Of a DNA stretch of 64,000 nucleotides, positions 37,225 to 45,962 are shown piece after piece. The notes under the pieces are model-generated. The model saw nothing but the letters and a program-made list of their open reading frames with translations. It ran no database searches and was not told the DNA's origin. The stretch is from Haliscomenobacteraceae bacterium (GTDB lineage: Bacteria; Bacteroidota; Bacteroidia; Chitinophagales; Saprospiraceae): NCBI GenBank assembly GCA_947501115.1, contig CANMVX010000014.1, positions 6,511-70,510 on the forward strand, read 5' to 3'. The translations under genes were made by a program, and so were the position numbers. Numbering within the stretch: the stretch's first letter is position 1; the number at the start of each line of letters is the position of its first letter.

Positions 37225-38187
37225 ATGATTTTTGTAGATATCAAAAATGACATAGCATTCCGCAAAATATTTGGTAATGATGAAAAAACAGCACCACTTA
37301 TTTCCTTTTTAAATGCTGCATTACAATTAGAGGGTAATGATCAGGTTGAAAGCGTTACCCTAGTCAATCCATATCAATTTCCACGGATAAGGGGAGAAAA
37401 AGCATCTGTTTTGGACGTTAGGGCAACAGATCATTCAGGTCGAATATTTGTTGTTGAAATGCAGGTTGCCGAAAAGAATGGGTTTGATAAACGAGTACAA
37501 TATTACATTTCCCGTGATTATTCCATGCAGATTAACATTGGAGATGATTATCCAGTGTTGAACCCCGCTTATTTTATTGGTATATTGGATTTCCCATTTG
37601 GAGAAGGAGATAAATATAATACCCATCATTTAATACTGGAAAAGGAGACTTACGAGCATCTGTTGACAGATATTCAGTTTGCATTTATACAATTACCCAA
37701 ATTTAATCTCGGCATAGATGAATTAGTTACCCCCATTGACAAGTGGACTTATTTTATTAAAAACGCCACAAAATTAACCTTTATACCTGAATTTGCTCAA
37801 GCTGATGAGGGCTTAAAAACAGCATTTATAGAGGCGGATAAACATAATTGGACTAAAGAAGAATGGATAGCATATGATAATACAATGATCAAAGCAAGGG
37901 ATGTAATCCAGGAAAAATTATTCGTAATAGAAAAAGCAGAAGCTGTAGGATTGGAAAAAGGTAGAATAAAAGGTAAACTGGAGGGTAAAATAGAGGGGAA
38001 AATTGAAGGCAAAATTGAAGGCAAAATTGAAGGCAAAATTGAAGGTAACTTGGAGGGAAAGATAGAAAAGGAGATAGAGTTAATTTTAGGGATGCATTAC
38101 GAGGGTTTCAAGATTCCACAAATCGCAAGAATAACCCTTAAGAGTGAGGAAGAGATTATTAGAATTATTAAAGAGTCGGAGCTTTAG
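37225..38187 (+). CDS. Rpn family recombination-promoting nuclease / PD-(D/E)XK putative transposase (YhgA-like)
   Basis: N-terminal FVDIKNDIAFRKIFG. The nuclease core is VLDVRATD...IFVVEMQV (D...ExQ), followed by YYISRDY. The C-terminal region holds (GK[IL]E) tetrapeptide repeats. Confidence 0.85.
   Translation: MIFVDIKNDIAFRKIFGNDEKTAPLISFLNAALQLEGNDQVESVTLVNPYQFPRIRGEKASVLDVRATDHSGRIFVVEMQVAEKNGFDKRVQYYISRDYSMQINIGDDYPVLNPAYFIGILDFPFGEGDKYNTHHLILEKETYEHLLTDIQFAFIQLPKFNLGIDELVTPIDKWTYFIKNATKLTFIPEFAQADEGLKTAFIEADKHNWTKEEWIAYDNTMIKARDVIQEKLFVIEKAEAVGLEKGRIKGKLEGKIEGKIEGKIEGKIEGKIEGNLEGKIEKEIELILGMHYEGFKIPQIARITLKSEEEIIRIIKESEL
37960..38079 (+). repeat. In-frame 12-bp tandem repeat, 10 units, encoding (G-K/R/N-I/L-E/K)n
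   Basis: Units begin at 37960 and recur every 12 nt. Three consecutive units, 38008-38043, are identical (GGCAAAATTGAA), and the preceding unit differs by 1 nt. Confidence 0.95.
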
Positions 38188-38249
38188 CTAAAAAACATAA
38201 GTTCTTGTCAGAAAATCTCAATCCAGATGCCTCAAAATCACAAGTTAAC

Positions 38250-38465
38250 CTATTTAGATAGCCAATTTTTAAATATTTTTGTTAGGAATGGTAAAAATAT
38301 ATAGACCATCGAAGGTACTAATATCAAGGAGATGACCAGTGTTTTGATATATATTGGAAAATTTTCCAAAGTCTTCCCTAAGAGGAAAAACAGAATATTT
38401 ATTGACGGATAGATAGCGATCCAAATCAAGATGGCCATCTTATACTTAGCTGGTGGTTTCATCAT
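38250..38465 (-). CDS. Small hypothetical two-TM membrane protein (possibly a C-terminal remnant)
   Basis: 71 aa. PPAKYKMAILIWIAIYPSI followed by a second TM helix resembles the membrane tail of some ABM-domain proteins. The upstream region 38466-38757 shows no clean ORF. Confidence 0.35.
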   Translation of the reverse strand: MMKPPAKYKMAILIWIAIYPSINILFFLLGKTLENFPIYIKTLVISLILVPSMVYIFLPFLTKIFKNWLSK

Positions 38466-38757
38466 TTCTAATTGATTACTGCAATGGAGCCAATGGACCT
38501 TGGTGGAGACTTAGGTGATTGGTTCTGCAAGGTACAACATTTAGTCGGCGAACATGTGCCTTCTTCCTTTGACAACTTATAAAATACTTTTAAAAAAGGA
38601 TCTTTTAGTTCCGGGAACATGGTTCTATCTAAAACCAAGTAATAGCAACTATAATACTCCCAAACCATGCCGAACCAACCCTACAGATTTTATTGTAACA
38701 AAACTTGTAGTACCTTTGACCAGGGTAAAATGGATAGCCCAAAAAAACTAACAAAAC

Positions 38758-39792
38758 ATGAAAAAAGTACTTTTAACCGGAGCAAGCGGCTATATCGGAA
38801 AGCATATTACCCTTCAACTACTCAATGAAGGTTATGAGGTACGTGCTTCGGTTCGAAATCTTTCAAAAGCAACAGAAGTCAAAAACGCAGTATTACCCCA
38901 CCTTAAGGATCAGGCAAATATTAACTCCAGGCTTACTTTTGTTGAATTGGACCTTGAAAAAAATGCCGGCTGGAATGAGGCACTCAAGGATATCGATGTG
39001 CTTATGCACACTGCTTCACCTTTCCCCATTGCCTCGCCAAAAGATGAGAATGATTTAATTCAGCCCGCTGTCGAAGGAACATTGCGCGCGCTTCGTGCAG
39101 CTAAATCAGCAGGGGTCAAACGAGTAATTCTAACCTCCTCAGTGGCCGCTATTTACGGTTGTGATCTACCCGCTAATAAAAAAGAGTTTGATGAAACTAT
39201 GTGGACTGATGTGAATCATCCGATCGGTAGAGTAGCCTATACAAAATCTAAAACCTTGGCAGAAAAAGCAGCCTGGGATTATGTGAAAAATGAAAATCCA
39301 GAGCTACAGCTAACTACAATCAATCCCGGACTGGTCCTGGGTGCTCCCCTGGATGACAATTTCGGATCATCCATTTCCCTTATTGAGAGAACTTTTAGAG
39401 GAAAAGACCCCCTACTTCCCGATTTACAATTTGGCATTGTCGATGTTAAAGATGTAGCTAGGATGCATGTTTTGGCAATAAAAACGGAAAAAAGTATTGG
39501 TGAGCGTATTTTGGCCGCTTCCAAGACACTTTCATTCGTAGATTTTGCAAAGATCCTTAAAAAGGCTTACCCAAAAAGCAACGTTAAAACAGGTAAGGCA
39601 CCCACCCTATTAATTAAGTTCCTCTCAAACTTTGATGGAGAGATAAAAGCCATTTTACCATTATTGGGCAGAGACATGCATCTCAGTAATTCTAAAGCTA
39701 AATCTATTTTTGGCATTAACTTTATTCCAGCCGAGGATTCAGTAAAAGAATCAGCCAATTATCTACTTGAAACAGGCGTCATTAAATTATAA
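38758..39792 (+). CDS. NAD(P)-dependent epimerase/dehydratase family reductase (aldehyde/dihydroflavonol reductase-like extended SDR)
   Basis: TGASGYIG Rossmann motif, YxxxK (YTKSKTLAEK) and 344 aa length are typical of the cinnamoyl-CoA/aldehyde reductase-like SDR-e group. Confidence 0.85.
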   Translation: MKKVLLTGASGYIGKHITLQLLNEGYEVRASVRNLSKATEVKNAVLPHLKDQANINSRLTFVELDLEKNAGWNEALKDIDVLMHTASPFPIASPKDENDLIQPAVEGTLRALRAAKSAGVKRVILTSSVAAIYGCDLPANKKEFDETMWTDVNHPIGRVAYTKSKTLAEKAAWDYVKNENPELQLTTINPGLVLGAPLDDNFGSSISLIERTFRGKDPLLPDLQFGIVDVKDVARMHVLAIKTEKSIGERILAASKTLSFVDFAKILKKAYPKSNVKTGKAPTLLIKFLSNFDGEIKAILPLLGRDMHLSNSKAKSIFGINFIPAEDSVKESANYLLETGVIKL

Positions 39793-39817
39793 ATAACAAA
39801 GTCATGGGTATGGCTAA

Positions 39818-40027
39818 TTTGAAATTTCCCCCACACAACGAATATTATTTTATGCAATTCTATTCGAATTTAAAATAGAGGGAACAGGTGAAGAGGCCAT
39901 TCAGTGCATAAGGAATAGAAACTATGCCGATAGTTTGCGACTTCGCAACAAACCCATCATAGGTGTGGGAGTTGTCTTTTCAGCCTCTAAAAAAGGTATT
40001 TCAGCGTGGGAAAGGGCAGAATTATAG
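39818..40027 (+). pseudogene. C-terminal remnant of an AAA-ATPase/PD-(D/E)XK (PDDEXK_9, DUF1703-type) gene
   Basis: This frame reads ...ILFEFKIEGTGEEAIQCIRNRNYADSLRLRNKPIIGVGVVFSASKKGISAWERAEL*. That matches the conserved tail of this family (IxEFKxxxSxEEALxQIxxKxYxxxYxxxxKxIxxIGxxFSxxxRxIxxW). No upstream body of the gene is present. Confidence 0.7.
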
Positions 40028-40072
40028 GGTATTTATGGAAAATCTGGACTTAGGACAAAACAAGAAAGATAG

Positions 40073-40222
40073 GTGTTTTGGTGCGGTAAGGAGGAAATGC
40101 CGGCCCCAGATTTAACCATGTCAAATCCGGGTAATTTGGGCTATCTTTTGTTCAATGTCCTGAATCCAAGTAGTGAAATAAAAGATGATTACAAAACAGG
40201 TATTCCATTTTTAAAATATTGA
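40073..40222 (+). pseudogene. Remnant of a PVC-type cytochrome c domain, paralogous to the 3' end of the downstream gene
   Basis: It translates as ...CGKEEMPAPDLTMSNPGNLGYLLFNVLNPSSEIKDDYKTG... against CHKMYGKGGDIGPDLTGSNRGNLDYLLFNVLNPSGEIQDDYKLV at 43936-44070. By hand alignment, 40139-40195 and 44005-44061 share 50 of 57 nt. Confidence 0.8.
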
Positions 40223-40386
40223 AGGGAAAATTCTTATTTTTATAGAAATCAAACATTGATTTAACTCAAAGTGGTATTCTGAAAGTGAATAAAGCCAACC
40301 ATATTTTAAAATGTACCTTAAAGCATTTGATCAAACAATTAAAAAAGAGGCGCGATCTGTTGGCGTCGCCACAAGATAACACAACC

Positions 40387-43300
40387 ATGAAAAATCTATA
40401 CAAAATGAAAATTTCTTTACCCTTGCACCGACTTTTCTTCGTACTTTTTTGTGTGCTTTATTTTTTATCTGGTCAGTCCTCTAAGAAACTCGATCCTGTT
40501 CCATTAAAATTTACTTTAAAACAAAATGGTGATCAGATTGAAGTTTGGCAATCGGGTGTTCTAAAACCTGTGGTGGTGCAAAACGCAAAGGCTGATTTTA
40601 GACCTTATATTCATCCTATTTTAGCTCCGAACACCGCCGTTTCTTTGACGCAGTATAGTCCTGAGCACCATAAACACCAGACCGGTTTATTTTGGGGCTT
40701 TACTCGAGTAAATGGGTCAGGCATAGAAAAAGATAGCTTAAATAAATGGTTTTATCGAAAAGATAAACCCGCTGATATACAATCTCAAATAGGTCGAGAC
40801 TTTTTTCATAATCCTACAGGCGAATATTGGCAAAAAGTAGAGGCGACTATTCTTAAAGCCAGTGGTGATAAATTACAATGGCAAACCGTTTATAATCTGT
40901 TAGATGGTAATAAAAAACCCATTTTAAAGGAAACGCAGACCTGGACATTTTCTCATAAAGACAACAAACATCTATTGTCATTAGAATGGGAAGGTGAAGC
41001 TATTGAAGATATTACCATAAATGAATTTAATTATGGTGGTTTGTTTTTAAGAATGCCATGGAAAGCAGGTGTTCAGGGAGAAGCCGTGAATACAGCCCGT
41101 CAAATAAACCAAAAAGCAGATGCTCAACGTGCTCAGTGGGTTGATGTCGGTATGGCTATTGATGGCTTAAACGATTGGGGGCATATTGCCCTTTTTGATC
41201 ATCCCGATAATGATGGATTTCCAACTACCTGGCGGGTAGATGGTCAACTGGGGATTGGGCCTGTCAAGGCAAAACAAGGAGATTGGCATATTAAAAAGGG
41301 TCAGATGGCTACTTTTCAGCATCAGGTTGTCGCCTATTCGGGTACCCTAAATAATATGGAAATGGATAATCTTTGGGGAGATTTTTCCGGAGATAAAGGC
41401 ATGTACAATACCGCCTCTCTTTGGGGCATTGCTCAACAGGAGGGCAGAGATGCTAAATTTTTAAGCCCCGAAGAGGCCGTGGCAAATATGACCATGAAAG
41501 AAGGATTCAAAGTCAATGTTTGGGCTGCTGAACCCATGATTACCCAACCTATGGCCTTCTGTTGGGACGATAAAGGTCGTCTATGGATTGCAGAAAACCG
41601 GGATTATGAGTCGCGGGGTCACGGTTTTTCAAACGCAGGAAATAGCCGTATTTTAATCATTGAAGATACCAATCACGATGGTGTTGCGGATACTAAAAAA
41701 GTGTTTTTAGAAGGTATCGCCTTCCCCGCAGCGATGGCCGTTGGTTTTGATGGTTTGTATTTGGGCGCACCGCCTAATTTACTATTTGTACCCGATAAAA
41801 ACCACGATGATAAAGCGGACGAAAATGATATTGAAGTCCGTCTGACTGGCTGGGGTATTCGCGACAGACATGAAACGTTAAACAGCCTGCATTGGGGACC
41901 CGATGGCTGGTTGTACGGCTGTCAAGGTTTTGCAACCCCTTCAAAAGTGCGCAAACCCGAAGGAAAAGGACGGCTTTACAGACATAAAGACCCTTTCCCG
42001 GAAGATATTTTAGAAGGAGATGGCGTAGATATCAATGGTGGTGTATGGCGGTATCATCCCTTAAAAGATAAATTTGAAGTAGTGGCTCATGGTTTTAGTA
42101 ATCCCTGGGGCATTGATTTTGATGCCAAAGGACAATTATTTATCAGTGCTTGCGTCATTCCGCATTTATGGCACGTGATTCCGGGTGGTATTTATCACAG
42201 ACAGGGAGGACAACATTTTAATCCTTATTTTTATAGTGATATTCGAACGATCGCAGACCATAGCCATCGGTCTGCACATGGAGGTGCCAGAGTATATCAA
42301 TCGGACGCATTTCCCGCAGAACACAAAGGCCGTATTTTTATGGCAAATATCCACGAACATGCCGTCTTATCAGATATTTTACAGCCAAAGGGCTCTGGTT
42401 TTATTGCCAAACACGGCGATGAATTGCTTCTGGCGAATAATGCACAATGGGTAGGTTTTAGCATGGAAGTTGGTCCTGATGGCGGACTTTATGTATTAGA
42501 CTGGCATGACGCTGATATTTGTGGAAAGGAGGTATTGAATGGTGAAACAGGCCGTATTTTTAGAATAATGCCTGAACAATCATTGGCACAAAATTTTGAA
42601 AACAGATTTGCCGATTTGAATACTTTTACGAATAAACAATTGGTGGAATTACAAAAAAGTCCGAGTGATTGGCATGCAAGGCGCGCCAGAGTTATCTTGC
42701 AACATAGAGCACACAAAGGCAAAGCAGATAAAAATGCCATTGATGCTTTACAGGCCATTTATAAGCAAAATACCAATGCAGATTACAGGCTTCGGGCGAT
42801 GTGGACCTTGAATATTACCAATCAATTTACTTCAAATGAACTCCTCGCAGCCTTGTCCGATAAAGATGCACATATACGTGCCTGGGCCATTCAATTTCTA
42901 TGTGAAGACAAAAACCCCTCTAATGAAGCAATTTTAGCCTTTATTCGCTTGGCAAAAGATGATCCTTCACCTGTTGTGCGCTTATATCTGGCTTCCGCAA
43001 TGCAACGAATCAACAAAGAAGCTGCCTGGAATCTGGCAGAACAACTGGCTTTGCACAGCGAAGACGCAACGGATCATAACCTACCTAAAATGCTTTGGTT
43101 TGGCTTGGAACCATTGGTGAAAAATAATCCTGACAAAGCGATTACCCTGGCTAATAATGCAAATATTCCTTTAATATCACAATACATTTCACGACGACTG
43201 ATAGATGCCAATATGCCTGAATTGGTGCTTGCCACCATCAGTAAAAAGTCTAAAAATCAAATCCTTATTTTGGAAGGAATGCGGGATGGTCTGGAGGGTC

Positions 43301-44298
43301 GTTTTGATTTGAAAGCACCCAAAAACTGGCCAGCTGTTTATGCGAAATTGAAACGCAATAAAGGAAAAACGGAACAATTAGCCAATCAGATTGCGCAAAG
43401 GTTCGGTGACACGGAAGTACTTGAAAAATCTATGGTAACGCTTAAAAATAAAAATGCGACGGTTGTTACCCGTATTCAAGCTATACGGGACATTTCAGTT
43501 CGAAAAGGAGATGCTTTACTGGATGAGATACCAAATTTAATCAATGAACCAGCTTTAAGAATGGAGGTTATTCAGGCTATCGCAAATTACGATGTTGAAA
43601 TACCTGGAAAATTACTTTTGTCAAAATACAAAGATTTTAGTGAGGCAGAAAAGCAACAAACCATTCTAACTCTTTCCTCCAGGCCTAGATATGGCTGGCT
43701 TTTGACGCAAGCATTAAAGGAGCAAAAAGTGCCCAAAAAGGACATACCCGCTTATACTGCCAGGCAGTTATTGCGCGTAGTTGGTAGCGGTTTTATTGAA
43801 GTTTGGGGACCCATTGAGCAAGAACCTTCCCTCGCTAAAGCTTATTCCAAATACCAGAAAATGATAACTGCTAATGCCCTGGCAACAGCTAATGCGAAAA
43901 GGGGGGAAGTGCTTTTTCAGGTGGCTTGCGGCAGTTGTCATAAAATGTATGGCAAAGGTGGTGACATTGGTCCTGATTTGACAGGATCAAATCGGGGAAA
44001 TCTCGATTATCTCTTGTTCAATGTCCTGAATCCCAGTGGTGAAATACAAGATGATTATAAATTAGTTGTCGTGACCACGCGCGACGGACGTACTTATTCT
44101 GGGAATGTAGTGGGTGAAAATGAGCGCCAACTCACTATGCGCATGGTGGGACAGGAAGCGGCAATCATTAATAAATCTGATATTCAATCGCGGGAAGTAC
44201 AACCTACTTCGTTGATGCCTATTGGTTTATTTGACCCTTTGGATGAATCCGAGGTATTAGATTTGGTGAAATATATGCAAACCTTTAAGTCTAAATAA
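40387..44298 (+). CDS. Multidomain PVC-type haem-binding CxxCH protein: PmoA-like (DUF6807) + putative membrane-bound dehydrogenase propeller + HEAT repeats + cytochrome c
   Basis: It has a signal/TM segment (MKISLPLHRLFFVLFCVLYFLSG). The PmoA-family block is RPYIHPILAPN...EHHKHQTGLFWGF. The TIGR02604-like dehydrogenase block is PMAFCWDDKGRLWIAENRDY...HWGPDGWLYGCQG...FSNPWGIDFD. HEAT-like repeats are DKDAHIRAWAIQFL and DPSPVVRLYLASAM. The C-terminal CGSCH lies at 43927-43941. I chose the ATG at 40387 over the GTG at 40285. Confidence 0.85.
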   Translation: MKNLYKMKISLPLHRLFFVLFCVLYFLSGQSSKKLDPVPLKFTLKQNGDQIEVWQSGVLKPVVVQNAKADFRPYIHPILAPNTAVSLTQYSPEHHKHQTGLFWGFTRVNGSGIEKDSLNKWFYRKDKPADIQSQIGRDFFHNPTGEYWQKVEATILKASGDKLQWQTVYNLLDGNKKPILKETQTWTFSHKDNKHLLSLEWEGEAIEDITINEFNYGGLFLRMPWKAGVQGEAVNTARQINQKADAQRAQWVDVGMAIDGLNDWGHIALFDHPDNDGFPTTWRVDGQLGIGPVKAKQGDWHIKKGQMATFQHQVVAYSGTLNNMEMDNLWGDFSGDKGMYNTASLWGIAQQEGRDAKFLSPEEAVANMTMKEGFKVNVWAAEPMITQPMAFCWDDKGRLWIAENRDYESRGHGFSNAGNSRILIIEDTNHDGVADTKKVFLEGIAFPAAMAVGFDGLYLGAPPNLLFVPDKNHDDKADENDIEVRLTGWGIRDRHETLNSLHWGPDGWLYGCQGFATPSKVRKPEGKGRLYRHKDPFPEDILEGDGVDINGGVWRYHPLKDKFEVVAHGFSNPWGIDFDAKGQLFISACVIPHLWHVIPGGIYHRQGGQHFNPYFYSDIRTIADHSHRSAHGGARVYQSDAFPAEHKGRIFMANIHEHAVLSDILQPKGSGFIAKHGDELLLANNAQWVGFSMEVGPDGGLYVLDWHDADICGKEVLNGETGRIFRIMPEQSLAQNFENRFADLNTFTNKQLVELQKSPSDWHARRARVILQHRAHKGKADKNAIDALQAIYKQNTNADYRLRAMWTLNITNQFTSNELLAALSDKDAHIRAWAIQFLCEDKNPSNEAILAFIRLAKDDPSPVVRLYLASAMQRINKEAAWNLAEQLALHSEDATDHNLPKMLWFGLEPLVKNNPDKAITLANNANIPLISQYISRRLIDANMPELVLATISKKSKNQILILEGMRDGLEGRFDLKAPKNWPAVYAKLKRNKGKTEQLANQIAQRFGDTEVLEKSMVTLKNKNATVVTRIQAIRDISVRKGDALLDEIPNLINEPALRMEVIQAIANYDVEIPGKLLLSKYKDFSEAEKQQTILTLSSRPRYGWLLTQALKEQKVPKKDIPAYTARQLLRVVGSGFIEVWGPIEQEPSLAKAYSKYQKMITANALATANAKRGEVLFQVACGSCHKMYGKGGDIGPDLTGSNRGNLDYLLFNVLNPSGEIQDDYKLVVVTTRDGRTYSGNVVGENERQLTMRMVGQEAAIINKSDIQSREVQPTSLMPIGLFDPLDESEVLDLVKYMQTFKSK

Positions 44299-44328
44299 GG
44301 GAATTAATGGGGTAGTTAAGCCAAAAAT

Positions 44329-45084
44329 ATGGATTATATCATGAGAAAAACAAATATTTTAAAAGGGAAGTACTTATTGTTTGGGCTATTTCTTGTTTTA
44401 TTCTTTAATGAAAATAGTTTAAATGCTCAAAAAGTATGTATTGAAAATAACAAAGATCAGATTGTTGGCTCGAAAGACGGTTTCCGCTATGAATTATGGA
44501 ACCAATATGCTAAGGGTCATGCTTGTATGACTATTTCCGACGGCGCTTTGTTCAGCGGAGAATGGAGTGACATAGAGAATTATCTGGCTCGTCGTGGGTT
44601 GTCCTTTGACAAAAAAAGGGAGCATCAGGAGATTGGGGACTTTTACGCTACTTACGATTGTGATTATAATCCTTCTGAAGGCAAAAATGGTAATTCTTAT
44701 TTGTCCGTCTATGGCTGGACAGTTGAGCCTTTAATTGAATATTATATTATTGAAGATTGGAGAAACTGGGTTTCCTACATGTCACCAGATGCTACTTTTA
44801 AAGGTTCTTTCGATATAAATGGTAGCATCTATGATATTTATACAAAAACCAGGGTTGAGAAACCCTCTATTGTTGGGATCACAACATTTGAACAATATTT
44901 TAGTATAAGAAGAGAAAAACGTAATAAGGGTAGCATCCATATTTCAGATCATTTTAATAAATGGGAATCTCTCGGCTTGAACATGGGGAAATTACATGAG
45001 GTATCTTTCGTTGTAGAGGGCTACAAAAGTAGCGGCAGATTTGAATTTAAGGAATTAGATGTCTTTGTAAAAAAGAATAAATGA
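44329..45084 (+). CDS. GH11 endo-1,4-beta-xylanase, single catalytic domain, secreted
   Basis: GFRYELWNQ, YLSVYGWTVEPLIEYYIIEDW (nucleophile Glu context), TFEQYFSIRR and EVSFVVEGYKSSG (acid/base Glu context) are GH11 signatures. An N-terminal signal peptide is present. Confidence 0.9.
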   Translation: MDYIMRKTNILKGKYLLFGLFLVLFFNENSLNAQKVCIENNKDQIVGSKDGFRYELWNQYAKGHACMTISDGALFSGEWSDIENYLARRGLSFDKKREHQEIGDFYATYDCDYNPSEGKNGNSYLSVYGWTVEPLIEYYIIEDWRNWVSYMSPDATFKGSFDINGSIYDIYTKTRVEKPSIVGITTFEQYFSIRREKRNKGSIHISDHFNKWESLGLNMGKLHEVSFVVEGYKSSGRFEFKELDVFVKKNK

Positions 45085-45117
45085 AACTTTTCGTTGTACT
45101 AAAACTGTTTACTAAAA

Positions 45118-45921
45118 ATGATTATATACAAACTTTTGAAAAAACCTTTTTTCGGGCAATTTATGGTCAATTGGAGAAATCCACTGACTGAAAATGAGAA
45201 AAAGAATTGGAAAGAAATTTCAGTACTAAGTAAATCTGGTGCAATATTATCCGGATTATATGCCATAACAAATAACCCTAAAGCGACCATTGTTTTAGGG
45301 CATCCCATGGGAAAAGAAGCAAAAGGTTACTTCTTAAAAAATGGTTATACCGACTTATTATTAAGTAATGGTTATAACGTTGTAATTTTTGATATAAATG
45401 GTTTTGGAGAAAGCAGCATGGGTAATTTTTCCTTTTATGAAGATATAGTTTCGATCAGTAAGAAAGCGAAGGAATTATTTCCAAACCTACAAATTGGATA
45501 TCATGGAATCTCTTTGGGAGGACAATATGCCACTATATCGTTTGCGGATGATTCGCATTGTTATGATTTTGCAATCATAGAAAGTGCACCTACAACCTTA
45601 GATGAATTCTGGATTCATTTTCCATTTGCATACAAGGCGTTGAAACTATTCAATGTATTTATGCCAAAATATAAAACCAAAATAAATATGGTTGAAAGGA
45701 TTAAAGAAGCTAAAAGATTAAAATCTATTTTATTTATTTATTCAGACACTGATAATTGGGCAACAACCGAAATGGGCAAAAGATTTTATGAAAATTCTGC
45801 CGTTTTATCTGAACTATGGACTGTTCCGGTGGCAAAGCACGCCATGATCATAAAATCAGATTTCAGCGACCAGTATAAGCAAAAAATAGTAGCCTATTTT
45901 GACCATTCAATCAATGCATAA
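45118..45921 (+). CDS. Alpha/beta hydrolase (esterase-like)
   Basis: 267 aa with a GISLGG nucleophile elbow (GxSxG) and late acidic (SDTDNW) and His (AKHAM) candidates. Confidence 0.7.
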   Translation: MIIYKLLKKPFFGQFMVNWRNPLTENEKKNWKEISVLSKSGAILSGLYAITNNPKATIVLGHPMGKEAKGYFLKNGYTDLLLSNGYNVVIFDINGFGESSMGNFSFYEDIVSISKKAKELFPNLQIGYHGISLGGQYATISFADDSHCYDFAIIESAPTTLDEFWIHFPFAYKALKLFNVFMPKYKTKINMVERIKEAKRLKSILFIYSDTDNWATTEMGKRFYENSAVLSELWTVPVAKHAMIIKSDFSDQYKQKIVAYFDHSINA

Positions 45922-45962
45922 AAATTGGATTAATTTGCAAGCTATCAGAAAAAAACATATTT

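Noticed and set aside
37960-38079. Regular 12-bp repeats that might suggest a CRISPR array or non-coding minisatellite.
   Set aside because: There are no spacers between units. The repeat is in frame inside a recognisable Rpn-family CDS and translates to a GK[IL]E tetrapeptide repeat, also seen in the paralog.
38466-38757. The 66-aa minus-strand ORF (38468-38668) upstream of the small membrane ORF, considered as a possible frameshifted N-terminal half of one gene.
   Set aside because: I translated all three minus-strand frames by hand and found no recognisable domain or continuous homology. There is not enough evidence to call a CDS or pseudogene.
40285-40386. N-terminal extensions in the ORF track that start at TTG/GTG or at an upstream in-frame ATG. 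They occur at 40285, 11976, 33918, 48781, 53663, 55837, 59028, 4484 and 15250.
   Set aside because: In each case a downstream ATG gives a canonical signal peptide, Tat motif or family-typical N-terminus. The extensions are hydrophilic or nonsensical, or overlap upstream genes. The exception is 25378, where no in-frame ATG exists near the 5' end, so TTG is retained.
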